This document shows positions 47,561 through 58,158 of a stretch of DNA of 64,000 nt, in pieces. The translations under genes and the position numbers were made by a program. The number at the start of each line of letters is the position of its first letter. The first letter of the stretch is position 1. The notes beneath the pieces were generated by a model, which was not told the DNA's origin, did no database searches, and saw nothing but the letters and a program-made list of their open reading frames with translations. The DNA comes from Scenedesmus sp. PABB004 (lineage: Eukaryota): positions 682,001 to 746,000 of the forward strand of contig JABVCE010000016.1 of assembly GCA_014905635.1 (NCBI GenBank), read 5' to 3'.

Positions 47561-49524
47561 TCACCGGCCTCCGCGAGGAGCCGGCGAGGGCACGGGCGGC
47601 GGGCGACGGGCGGGCGACGCCACGCGCCGCAGCGACCCGGCCCGGCGAGCGGGCGCTGCCCCGCGCACCTCGCCGCGCTGCCCGTCGTCCGCCTCGCCGC
47701 TGCCGCCCTCGCCGCGGCGGCCCGCGCTGGCCTCCAAAAACTGCAGGTGCAGCTGTGCGGCGCGCTGTGACAAGGAGACCTGCGCCTTGACGATCTCAGC
47801 GTATCTGGGGAGCTTCTTGAGGTGGATGTACGCCCCCTGGCCAATGCCCACGAACGACACCAGAAACACGCGTCTGGTCTTTGACTTGTAGCCAAACTGG
47901 GGAATGGCGAAGTCGGACACCAGCGCGACGGACTCGCCAGTCGTGGTAAACAGGGGCGTGCGTTCATCCCAAGTGTCGGTGTTCTTGGAAAGCACGACAA
48001 TGCGGGTGTGGATGGACACGTCAAAGAGGGCCAACTGTGGGGCAGGGCAGGGCGGTTGTCGGTTGGCGGGCGCCGCGCAGCGCCGCGCGCCCAGCCGGAT
48101 GTGCCGCCCACCCGGTCGCTGGCGCGCGCCCGCCCTGCCCGCTCGCCGGCACGCGCCCGCGCGCATGTGTGCTGCCTCACTGTGGTGTCAAATCGTGCCA
48201 TTGCGTCCTTGCAAATGTCTGAATTGCACAAGTCCGAGTCAAACATTTGCAAGGACGCAATGGCACGATTCGACACCACGGTGAGGCAGCGCACATGCGC
48301 GCGGGCGCGTGCCGGCGGGCGGCAGGGCGGGCCGGGCGCGCGCCGGCGGCAGGGCGGGCAGGCGCGCGCCGGCGGCAGGGCGGGCGGGCGCGCGCCGGCG
48401 CCCGCCGGCACGCGCCCGCGCGCATGTGCGCTGCCTCACCGTGGTGTCGAATCGTGCCATTGCGTCCTTGCAAATGTTTGACTCGGACTTGCGGTTGCCC
48501 CATCTGGGCAGCTGCGTGTCTTCGACGCCATCCAAGCCCGCCAGCAGGAGCTCAATGCCCATGTCCTCCGCGATCCGCTCCAGATGATGCCGCCGCTGTT
48601 CCGTGCGCTTCTCCTTGATCATGTCGTGCTTGCAGTCCGGGCACTTTGTGGCCCTGAGGTGCACGCGCGGCGGCGCCGTGGGCGCCGCGGGCATGCTGGG
48701 GTGCGGCGCAACGCCCGCCCGCGTGCGCGCGCGCGCGCACACCTGTTGGCGATGACGGTGCGGCACTTTGGGCACGCCTTCACAGTGGGGGGGGGGGCCG
48801 AGCAGTCGGGGCGATCTGCCTCGCCGTTCCAAATGGTCACGCCCGCCTTGATGATGCTCCAGATATTTCTGTGCAGGAGGGGCAGCAGGCGCGCTGTGAC
48901 AGCCGCTTCGTCCAAGCACTGCGCTTTGTCTCCTGCTGGCCCTGCCTTGGCTGCCCAGCGCGCCGCCGTCGCCGCGGCAATCGCTGCGGCAAAGACCTGC
49001 GCGGCGCGAGAGCAGCAGCTGCTGTCAGCAGGCCGGCGGCAGCGCGTGCGCGCCGCAGCCGGCCGCAGCGCGCGGCACAGCAGCAGCGGCACGCGCACCT
49101 GCATGTGCTCCGGGCACGCAGGCCCAAAGAACGTCGCCAGCCGCTCGTCGCCCAGGCCCAGCCCGTGCAGGGCCAGCAGGCATGCGTTCAGCACGCACAG
49201 CACGGTCACGCCAGCCAGCAGCTGCTCCGGCAGGTCCAAGCGCAGGAGGCGCGCCGCCCGCTTCCACTGCGCGAGGGACAGGCCGATCTGCCGCCGTTGC
49301 TTGCTCCGGAGCTCCAGCTCCTGCCTCCTCGCCATCTCAGCCTCCCTGGCGGCGTTGCACAGCTCGCACTCGCAGTCGGGGTCTGGCGCGGCGCACCCGG
49401 TCTTCTGGTGCTTGCTGCCGCTTGCGCGCTGGCGGCTGCTGTTGGCCTCGCCAGCCGTGCGTGCTGTGCGGCTCAGAGGCGCAGGGGGCGCGGGCGGCCG
49501 CTCTCCGGGCGGCGGGGACGACAT
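47561..49524 (-). CDS. Hypothetical protein with a C4 zinc ribbon, 4 exons
   Basis: ATG at 49524; GT-AG introns; splicing yields KACPKCRTVIANRATKCPDCKHDM, and there is also an N-terminal CECELC. Last exon 48034-47561 (LALFDVSIHTRIVVLSKN…). Codon bias is weaker than in neighbouring housekeeping genes. Confidence 0.65.
48128..48491. repeat. Inverted triplication (direct-inverted-direct) of a ~93-bp exon-end/splice-donor segment
   Basis: 48229-48321 is the exact reverse complement of 48399-48491 (93/93). 48128-48222 is a slightly diverged direct copy that pairs with 48239-48332. Confidence 0.95.
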
Positions 49525-49721
49525 TGCGTCGGGAGGGCCCGCCGCTGACGCTGTGCAGCGCGGGCGGCGCGCGGGAGGGCCGGGGCGCTGATTCCAGCTG
49601 ATCCGGGCTGCTGCTGTGCGGCTCAGAGGCGCAGGGGGCGCGGGCGGCCGCTCTCCGGGCGGCGGGGGACGACAATGCGTCGGGAGGGCCCGCTGCTGAC
49701 GCTGTGCAGCGCGGGGGGCGC
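49462..49721. repeat. ~110-bp direct duplication spanning the start codon of the zinc-ribbon gene
   Basis: 49462-49570 and 49612-49721 are nearly identical; the ATG is changed to TTG in the upstream copy. Confidence 0.92.
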
Positions 49722-50043
49722 CGATTCGGGCCGCGGCCGGCGCTGCAGGCGCGCCCGCAGGTCACGAAACAAGGCGGGGATTGCCGGGATTCAGGGAAAC
49801 AAGGCGGCGCGCGCCTTAATTCGCAAACGCGAATCCCGGCCAAAATCGCCTTGTTTGGGACGAGGCAGGGTTGGGCACCACAACGGCCGCTGGCACCACA
49901 GTCACCGGTGATGCGCGCGCATCACCGCGGGGCCCCAGCGCGCGCACGGGCGCATATAGCGCCGCGCGCCGCCCACAGCGCCGTCCTGTCCTGACGCTTG
50001 CCCCAGGCAGCCCCACCCCACCTCCCCCCGCTCGCCGCACGCC

Positions 50044-50975
50044 ATGAAGGCCGCCCTCGTGCTGGCCCTCGTGGCCGCCGCCGGTGAGCGCCGGGGCCGC
50101 AGCGCGCCCGGGAATGGCGCATGGCGGTCTTGAGCGCCGCTCGCGCCGGCGGGCGGAGGCCGGGGCGGGCCCGCTGGCGCGGCGCCAGGCCAGCAGATCG
50201 GCCCCGTGCTGCCCCCGCCCGCACCGGCCGCTGCGCCCGCGCTGACGCGCCGCCGTGCCGCGCCGCCAAATTTTCCTGCGTCGACAGGCATCTGCGCCAT
50301 GGCGCAGACCCCCAACGGCGTCATGGTGAGGCCGCATGCAAGGCGGCCCCCGGGGCAACGGCCCGCGCCGCCGGCGCTCGGCGCGCGGCGCTCACCCGCT
50401 GGGCGCGCTCGCGCTGCGGCCGCAGAGCAGCCGCCGTGCCGCCGCGCGTCGCCGGCGGCGTCACCGCCGCCATGCTGCGCTGCTGCGCCCGCGCTCGCGG
50501 CCCGCTCACGCGCCCCCCGCCGCGCGCCGCCGCCGCCCCCAGGTGGAGGTGCAGTTCGACAACCGCCTGAGCCGCGTGCAGGACAACATCAAGGTCGTGA
50601 ACAAGTACATGGCCGAGAAGCTCTGCCGCGTGTCGAACTCTGCCGTCGTGGCGATGAAGGGCAAGGACCAGTCGACCACCCTCAACCACAAGAGCACCGT
50701 GCAGTTCTTCTGCCTCGGCTCCGACGTGCGCAAGATCCTCTCCAACTGCAACGGCATGTGGAACCGCCACCAGTTCAACGACGAGATCGGCGACCACACC
50801 TCGCCCGGTGCGCGCCGCGCCGCGAGCTCCGCGCGCGCGGCCGGCGCACGCTCGCGCTCGCGCGCCCGCCAGCTCACACGCCCCGCGCCGCCGCGCCGCG
50901 CGCGCAGACATCGAGGTGCAGAAGGTGACCTGCACGCCCGCCTACGCCAACGCCGGCCGCAAGCTCATGCTCTGA
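50044..50975 (+). CDS. Small secreted protein, 136 aa, 4 Cys in the mature part; absent from the ORF track
   Basis: join(50044..50083,50288..50325,50543..50807,50908..50975), 411 nt. Signal peptide MKAALVLALVAAAGICAMA; C-terminus …CTPAYANAGRKLML*; very strong codon bias. Confidence 0.85.
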
Positions 50976-51798
50976 GCGCAGGGCCGTGCCGCGGCGGCGT
51001 GAAACCAACAACGAACGCGCCACGGGGAGCGCCGCCCGCTGCGCACGTGCGCGCGCCGCATCCAGCCCATCGGCATGCGGCGCCGCGCGCCGCGGCGGGC
51101 GCGCCTGCCGACACCATCGGGCGGAGAGGTTGCGCTGGGCACTCTGCATGCCTTGGGGTTGGCCGCTGCATCATCGCTTGCCGCGCCGTCGGGGGCGGCT
51201 TTTTGGTGGCGGCTTATCTGAGCTTGCGCCTGCAGGGTAACCGAGCTTGAACCCAGCGGCTGGAAGCGGCGCCGGGCGACCGCTGCGCTGAACCGCGGCG
51301 GCACTCCCGCCACGGCGCTGGCAGGCCTCACCAGCTGTCTCACCAGCTGTTGCAAGGCTCCCTGCTCACTCGCACCCGCGCAGGCAGACCGCCCGGCTGC
51401 GCTCCCGCACCCGCAGCAGCAGAGCGGCGGAGCAGCGCCCGCGCGGTCGCCGCCGCCGCTGTGCCTGCAGGCGTGCCCGGCGCGGCACAGCGTCGGAGTC
51501 CGCCCTCGCGCGAGATCAGCGGCTTGGCAGGCGGCGCCCCCGCGCTCAGGCGAGCGCGCTGCAACCGGATTGACGCGCCCCCGCCCACCACCCGCCGCCT
51601 GGCCGCGCGCGAGCATCCCGCCGCTCTCCCTCGTGATCGCAGGCAACCCATTCCGCGGCCCCTGGGCGCGGCGGCGCGCACCGGACGTGTGCAGCGCGCG
51701 CTCGCGCGCGGCAGCAGCGCCGCCCGGCGGCGGCGGCTCGCGCCCGCAGCCGCAGCGGCCGCAGCGCACGTCGGCGCCGGCGCAGCGCAGCCGCGGCC

Positions 51799-54700
51799 AT
51801 GCTGAAGGCGGTGATGGGGCTCGGGGGCGCGGCGCTGCCCCGGCAGCGCAGCGCAGGGGACGACAGCAGCAGCACCGACGACATCCCCGGCCTGGTGTCG
51901 GAGGACGACGGCGACGCCGCGAGCGGCGGCGGCGCACCGGCGGCTGCGCCTGCGGCCGCGAGCAGCGGCAGCGCGCCTGCGGCCGCGCCTGCCCCCGCGG
52001 CGCGGGCGGCGCCCGAGCCCAGTGGCGAGAGCGCAGCCACGGCCGCGAGCGGCGGCAGCGCGTCGGCGGCGCCCGCGGCCGCGAGCGGCGGCAGCGCGCC
52101 GGCGGCGCCTGAACCCAGCGGCGAGAGCGCAGCCACGGCCGCGAGCGGCGGCAGCGCGCCGGCGGCCGCGCCTGCCGCTGAGGCGCGGCCGGCGCCCGAG
52201 CCCAGCGGCGAGAGCGCAGCGACGGCCGCCGCCAGCGCGGCGGACGGCGGCACGGGCAGCGACAGTGACAGCGACATTCCGGGGCTGCTCTCTGAGGCGG
52301 GCGAGGAGGGCGAGGAGGACGCCGTGGGCGGCGCCGAGGACGCGCCCGCCGCCGCGCGGCAGGTGCCGTCGGCGGCCGCGAAGCAGCCGGCGGCCGCGAA
52401 GCAGCCGGCGGCCGCGAAGCAGCCGGCGGCAGCGAAGCAGCCGGCGGCAGCGAAGCAGCCGGCAGCGAAGCAGCCGGCGGCGGCGAAGCAGCCGAAGGTG
52501 GCAAAGCAGCCGGCGGCGCAGCAGCAGCCGGCGCCAGCGCAGCAGCAGCCGGCGCCAGCGCAGCCGTCGAAGGCCGCCGCCGGCGGCGCCGCGGCGGGCG
52601 CGGCCAACGGCGTGGCGTCGCACCCCGTGCAGGCAGGCGCCGGCGACGAGCGCGGCAGCGATGAAGAGGTCGAGGGTATGCCCGGCCTGGTGAGCGCCGA
52701 GGAGGCGCCCTCGGACGATGCGTTCACGGGGCCCATCGCGGCGACCGCGCTGGGCGGCGCCCCGGACGGCGGCAGCGCGGCCGGCGCCAAGGCCGCCAAG
52801 GCCGCCGAGGCGGGCAAGGCCAAGGCCGAGGCCAAGGCCGAGGCCAAGGCCGAGGCCAAGGGCAAGGCGGCGCCCAAGGCCTCGGCGGGCGGCCGCGCAC
52901 CGCAGCAGGACGCCGACGAGGGCGGCAGCGCAACCCCGCCGTCCCTGGTGGACGCGCTCTCGGACGACGCGGACGTCACCAGCTCGGTCGGCGGCACGGA
53001 CGCCGACGGCGAGGCCGGGCCGGGCCCCGCGGCGGCGGGCAAGGCGGCCAAGGGCAAGGCCGGCGCAGCGACCGACGCGCAGCAGCCCGACGCCGAGGCC
53101 ACGGCGCAGCAGGCCGAGGAGAAGGCCGCGGCGGCGGCGGCCAAGGCGGCCGAGACCGAGCGCGCCAAGGCGGAGCGCGCGCGCCTGGCGGAGCAGCAGC
53201 GGCAGCAGGCCGCGCAGACGCTGCGGGAGCAGCAGGCGGCGCGGGAGCGCGAGGCGGCGGAGCGCGCGCGCGAGGCGGAGCGGGTGCGCGGGCCGGTCGC
53301 GCCTGGCGCGCACGCGCCGGCGCGGCTCGGGGCCGCCCGCGCGCCGCGCGAGCAGCCGCCGCCCGCGCGCCGCCGACGCGCCGCCGCTGTCGCTGCCGCC
53401 GCCGCCGCCGCCGCGCCGCGCAGATCGCGGCCGAGCTGCTGGCCGAGGAGGAGGCGGACAAGGCGCGGCGGCAGGCCAAGGGCGAGGCCGAGAAGAAGGA
53501 GGCCGACAAGAGGGACAAGAAGAAGAAGAAAAAGGAGAAGCAAAAGGCAAAGAAGGCGGCGGAGCAGGCCAAGGGCGCCGCGACGCCGGAGCGCGCCGAC
53601 AGCGACGACGACGGCGACGGCAGCGGCGAGGACGGCGGCGAGGACGGCCGCGCCGCCGCCGCCGGCGGCGGCGCCGAGGGCGCCAGCAGCAGCAGCAGCG
53701 CCGCGGCCGCCGCCGCCGCCGCCGCCGCCGCCCCGGGCCCGCCGGAGGCGGCGGACGGCAAGCGGGGCAAGGGCAAGGAGGCGGCTGCTGCAGCGGCAGC
53801 AGCCGCCAAGGGCGCGGGCGGCAGCAGCTCGCGGCCCAGCAGCGGCGGCGGCGTGAGCGACGCGGCGGCGGCCGCGGCGCTGATCGCGGAGCAGGAGCGG
53901 CAGCGCGAGGCCAAGGAGGCGGCGCGCGAGGCGGCGGCGCGCGAGGCGGCGGCGCGCGAGGCGGCGGCGCGCGAGGCGGCGGCGCGCGAGGCGGCGGCGC
54001 GGGCCGCCGCAGAGGAGGCGGCCGCCGCCGCGGCGCGCGAGGCGGCGGCGGCGGAGGAGCGGCAGCACATGGAGCTGCTCGCGGCCGCGCAGGCTGCGGC
54101 GCTGGAGGTCGCGGCCGCGCGCGCGTCGGGCGCGCCGGCGCCGGCCGCCAGCGCGCGCGTGCGCGGCGCCGACATGTTCCCGGCCAACGCGCGCTACGCG
54201 CAGCTGCTGCTGCCGCGCACCTCGCTGCTCGCGGCGGGGCCCAGCCCCAGCGAGCGCGACTTCAGCTGCGGGCGCGAGGCGGCGCTCGAGGCGGCGCGCC
54301 ACGCCGCGCGCGCGACGCAGCCGGGCAGCGCCGAGCACGCCTCCGCGCTCGCGGCGCAGCAGTCGGCGGCGCTCGAGGTGCGCGCGATGGCGCCGCCGCC
54401 GCCGCCGCCGCCGCCGCGGGTCGCGCAGCAGGCGCCCGCGGCGCCGCCGGCGCTGGCGCGCCTGCTGCCGCACCTCCAGGCGGGCGCGCAGCGCCAGCAG
54501 CCGGCGGCGCCGCCGCAGCCCGCGGCGGCGCCGCGGCCGGCGGCCGTGGTGCTGCCGCCCCACCTGGCGCACCTGCCGCAGTTTGCGCACCTCCGCGCCG
54601 CCGCCGCGGCGGCCGCGCCGCCGGCGCCGGCCGCGGCGCCGGCGCCGGGGCAGCAGCAGCCGGCGCCGGGGCAGCAGCAGCCGGCGCCGGGGCAGCAGCA

Positions 54701-54938
54701 GCCCGCGCCGGGGCAGCAGCCCGCGGCCGCGCCCCGGGCCAAGCCGGCGGCGATCGCGGACCACGCCGACCACGAGTGCGTGGTGTGCCTGGAGCGGCAG
54801 ATTGCGATCATGCTCCTGCCCTGCAAGTGCTACAAGCTGTGCATCGTGTGCTCCGCCGACCTCGAGGGCCGCGGCGTCAAGGAGTGCCCCTGGTGCCGCA
54901 AGCCCGTGTCGCGCTACCTCCACGTGCGCAAGAGTTGA
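51799..54938 (+). CDS. Low-complexity/coiled-coil protein with a C-terminal RING finger (putative E3 ubiquitin ligase)
   Basis: join(51799..53283,53424..54938); C-terminal CVVCLERQIAIMLLPCKCYKLCIVCSADLEGRGVKECPWCRKPV; (AAAKQP)n and (EAAAR)n repeats. Confidence 0.8.
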
Positions 54939-55497
54939 GCCGGCGCGCGGCGGCGGCGGGCGCGGTAAAGCGCGCAGTTGGCCGCGTGCCGAGCGAGCTC
55001 CGAGCGGGGCTGGCCCCGCCAGGGACGCCGCGCCGCCTCGGCGCGGGCGTGCGCCGGCGCCCGCGGCAGCGCAGGAGGCGGCTGGCAGGCCGCGTGCCTG
55101 GCAGCCTGGCAGGCCGCGCCAAGGCCAATGCGTCGCGGCGCGCGCTGCGCGGCAGCAGCACGGCGGCGCCGGCGGCGGCGGCAGCGACGGGGCGCCGTCG
55201 CTCGCCCGCGAGCCCCGATCGGTGACGTGAACGCACCGGCGCGCGGACAGGCGCCGAAGGGCACAATCTCGGGCCGCTGCTCTGTGACAACCTCGTCCAA
55301 CCAGGTCGCCGCGACCGAAAACGGGGCCTCCCCGTGCTCCACCGTCCGACGCGGCACACCGCGAGCAGGCCACGCGCACTGCTGCTCCTCGCCCGAGCAG
55401 CATCCTGTTCCCGCCCCGCCCCCGCGCCCGCGCCCGCCGCCCGCCCAATTGCAGCGCGTCGTGACCGCGCACGTGCCCGTCGCAGCCTCAACCCGCC

Positions 55498-57628
55498 ATG
55501 CAGACACGCGCGCTGCCGCGCGGCCTGGGGGCGCGTGCCCCGCAGCAGCTCGCTGCCCCCGGCGCAGCCCGCGCGCCGCGCCTGCGGCCGCCCGCCGCGG
55601 TGAGCCGGGACGCGCCCGACGCTCACGCGCCCGCGCGGGCGGCGCTGGTGTCGGGCCTCGCCGCGGCGGCGCTGCTCCTGGGCGGCGGCGCCGCGCACGC
55701 GGCGAGCAGCGAGCCGTTCCTCGCGTCGACCGGCGGCCGCGGCATCCTGGCGGAGGAGGAGCGGCAGCTGTTCAACCTGCGCCGGGAGAAGGAGGCGGAG
55801 GCGCTGCGCGAGATCCAGGCCGAGCGCGAGCTGTTCGAGAAGGAGGCGCGCTCCTCCCAGGCGCGCCGCCGCCGCCGGCACCGGCGACGACGCCGCCGGC
55901 AGGCCGCCGCCGCCGCCGCGCCGCCGCCGCGCCGCGCTCGCTCTCTCACGCACGCGCGCGCGCGCACGGCGCGTGCTCACCACACCATGTCAGGTCGGCA
56001 AGCTCTGCGCGACGCCGTTTGGCATCGACATCGTCGGCATCACCGAGTTCATCGCCCTCGTGGGCGCGCTCGTGGGCGGCATCACCGCGCGGCAGCGCAA
56101 GGCCGAGCTCGAGCGCCTCAACGAGCAGCTCCGCAAGATCAACATGGGCCTGCGCCAGCAGGCGCGCGCGGGCACGGTCTACGCGCCCGGTGCGTGCGCG
56201 CGCTGCGCGCGGCGCGGCGCGGCGCGGCGCTGCGCGGCGCACGGGGCTGCGCGGCGCACGGGGCTGCGCGGCGCACGGGGCTGCGGAGCCCCGCGGCCGA
56301 CCCCCACCCCCCTGTGCGCGCCACACGCATTCCCCCCAGGCCTCTCCTACGCGCCGCCGACCGGCGCGGGCAGCAACGGCAACGGCCTCGGCCCCGCCGG
56401 CAACGGCGCCGCGCCCGCGGCGGCCGAGGCGGCGCGCGCGGCGTCGGCCGCGACCGTCACCGCGCCGCGCCCGCCGGCAGGCGCCGCCGCCGCCGGCCCG
56501 CACGCGGCCGCGCCGGCGGCTGCGCCGGCGCCGCCGTCGGCCGCGGCCGCTGCGGCCGCGCCCGACAAGACCCTGTTCAGCATGGAGGAAGAGGAGATGA
56601 GCAGCGACCAGATACAGTGCAGGCGCGGCGCGCGCACGCTGCGCACGCTGCGCCCGCTGCGCGCCGCCGTGACGCCGCCCCGCGCCTGTGCCCCCGCCGC
56701 TGCGCCCCCGCCCCTGTGCCGCTGTGCCCCCGCAGGGACGCGCTGCGCGCGGGCAAGCGCTTCCTCAAGGAGGCCAACGGCAGCGCCGCGATGGTGCGGC
56801 CGCCGCGCCGCGAGCGAGCAGCGGCGCCAGCAGCGCCAGCGCCAGCGGCAGCGGCTCCCGCGCGGGCCGGCGGCGGAGGTGACGGGGCCCGCGCCGCGCT
56901 GCGCCGGCCGCTGCCAACGACGCCGCGCGCCGCCGCCGCCGCCGCCCGCTGCGCCTGCCTGCCTGCCAGGTGCGGTTTGAGAAGGCGCTGATGCTGTCAA
57001 AGGCCCTCAACAACAAGGTGCGGCCGCGGGCAGCAGAGAGGGCAGCGGCGCGCGGGCAGGCAGAGAGGGCGGCGAGGCGCCCTGCGCGGGGGGGGGGGGG
57101 GGGGGGGGGGGCAGGCCCCTTCCTGCGCAGCTGCGGCGGGCGGCGGGGGACGGCCCGCCGCGCCGCGCCGCCGCGCCGCGCCGTCGAGCCGCCGCCCCGC
57201 GCTCGCCGCGCGCGCGCCCGCCGCGCCGCCGCGCAGGTGCAGGAGCGGCGCGCGACGCGCGGCCTCGCGGCCGCGGCGCGGCTGCAGGGGCAGTACCGCG
57301 TCGCGATCGACCACCTGCAGCGCGTGCTGGAGATCAGCCGCCTCATGCAGGAGTATACGGGTGGGCGCGGCCGCCGCGCCCGGGGCCCCCGCCGGGCGGG
57401 GGCTCGGGCGCGCGTCCTGCCGGCGGTGCTGCTGCGGCGCTCCGCCGCCAGCCGGATAGCTGACCCGCCGCCGCGCGCCGCGCCGCGCCGCGCGGCCGCC
57501 GCGACCCAGGCGACGCCGACGCGTACGGCACGATCGCCGACTGCTACACCGACCTCAACGAGTTTGAGCGCGCGGCCGAGATGTACGACAAGTACATCCA
57601 GTGCATGGCGCGCGACGGCCCCGTGTGA
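55498..57628 (+). CDS. FLP: FLU-like protein, chloroplast regulator of tetrapyrrole/ALA synthesis
   Basis: Transit peptide; TM segment ITEFIALVGALVGGITA; coiled coil RQRKAELERLNEQLRKIN; TPRs LRAGKRFL…ERRATRGLAAA…AIDHLQRVLEIS…DAYGTIADCYTDL…YDKYI; TGTAA at 57645. Confidence 0.95.
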
Positions 57629-57644
57629 GAGGGCGCGGTCGGCG

Positions 57645-57649
57645 TGTAA
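57645..57649 (+). terminator. TGTAA chlorophyte polyadenylation signal (FLP 3'UTR)
   Basis: Lies 17 nt after the FLP stop; UGUAA is the known green-algal signal. Confidence 0.6.
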
Positions 57650-58158
57650 AGCTGCCCGCCCTGCGGCGGCAGCTCCGCGGGCGCGGCGCCGCGCGTTAGC
57701 CGGCGGCGGCGGCGCGGCGCAGCCGCATGGCCGCCCCTCCCTCGCAGCAGACGAGACAGCGCCCGCTCCCCCAGCTCGCGGCCGCCGGCAGCCACCTCCG
57801 CCCGCCCCCGGAGCAGCAGCAGCGCGCCGCACTCGCTGCGGCAGCCCTGCTGACCCCGCGCGGTCGCCCCGGCATTCCAGGAGGCAGCAGCAGTCTCCGC
57901 GCGCCGCGCAGACGCGCGCGCCTCGCCCGCCGCCGCGCCGCACGCCTGACCGGCATCCCGGCGCCCCCGCGCCCCCACCCGGCGCGCGCGGACCGCGCCG
58001 CCAGGCGCAAAGCGCTCGCCGGAGCGCCGGTCCCGTCACCCGGCGCGCCCCCGGCCCAGCGCCGCCGGCGGCCGGAGCGGCGCAGCGCACGAGAGCGGCG
58101 GCGGCCGGCGTCGCGCGGCGGCCCGGCGGCCCGGCGGCGGCGGCGCCGCGCCGGCGCG

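Noticed and set aside
48128..48491. Repeats read as a CRISPR array or as duplicated coding exons
   Set aside because: The copies alternate in orientation, have no unique spacers or cas genes, and derive from an exon/donor junction.
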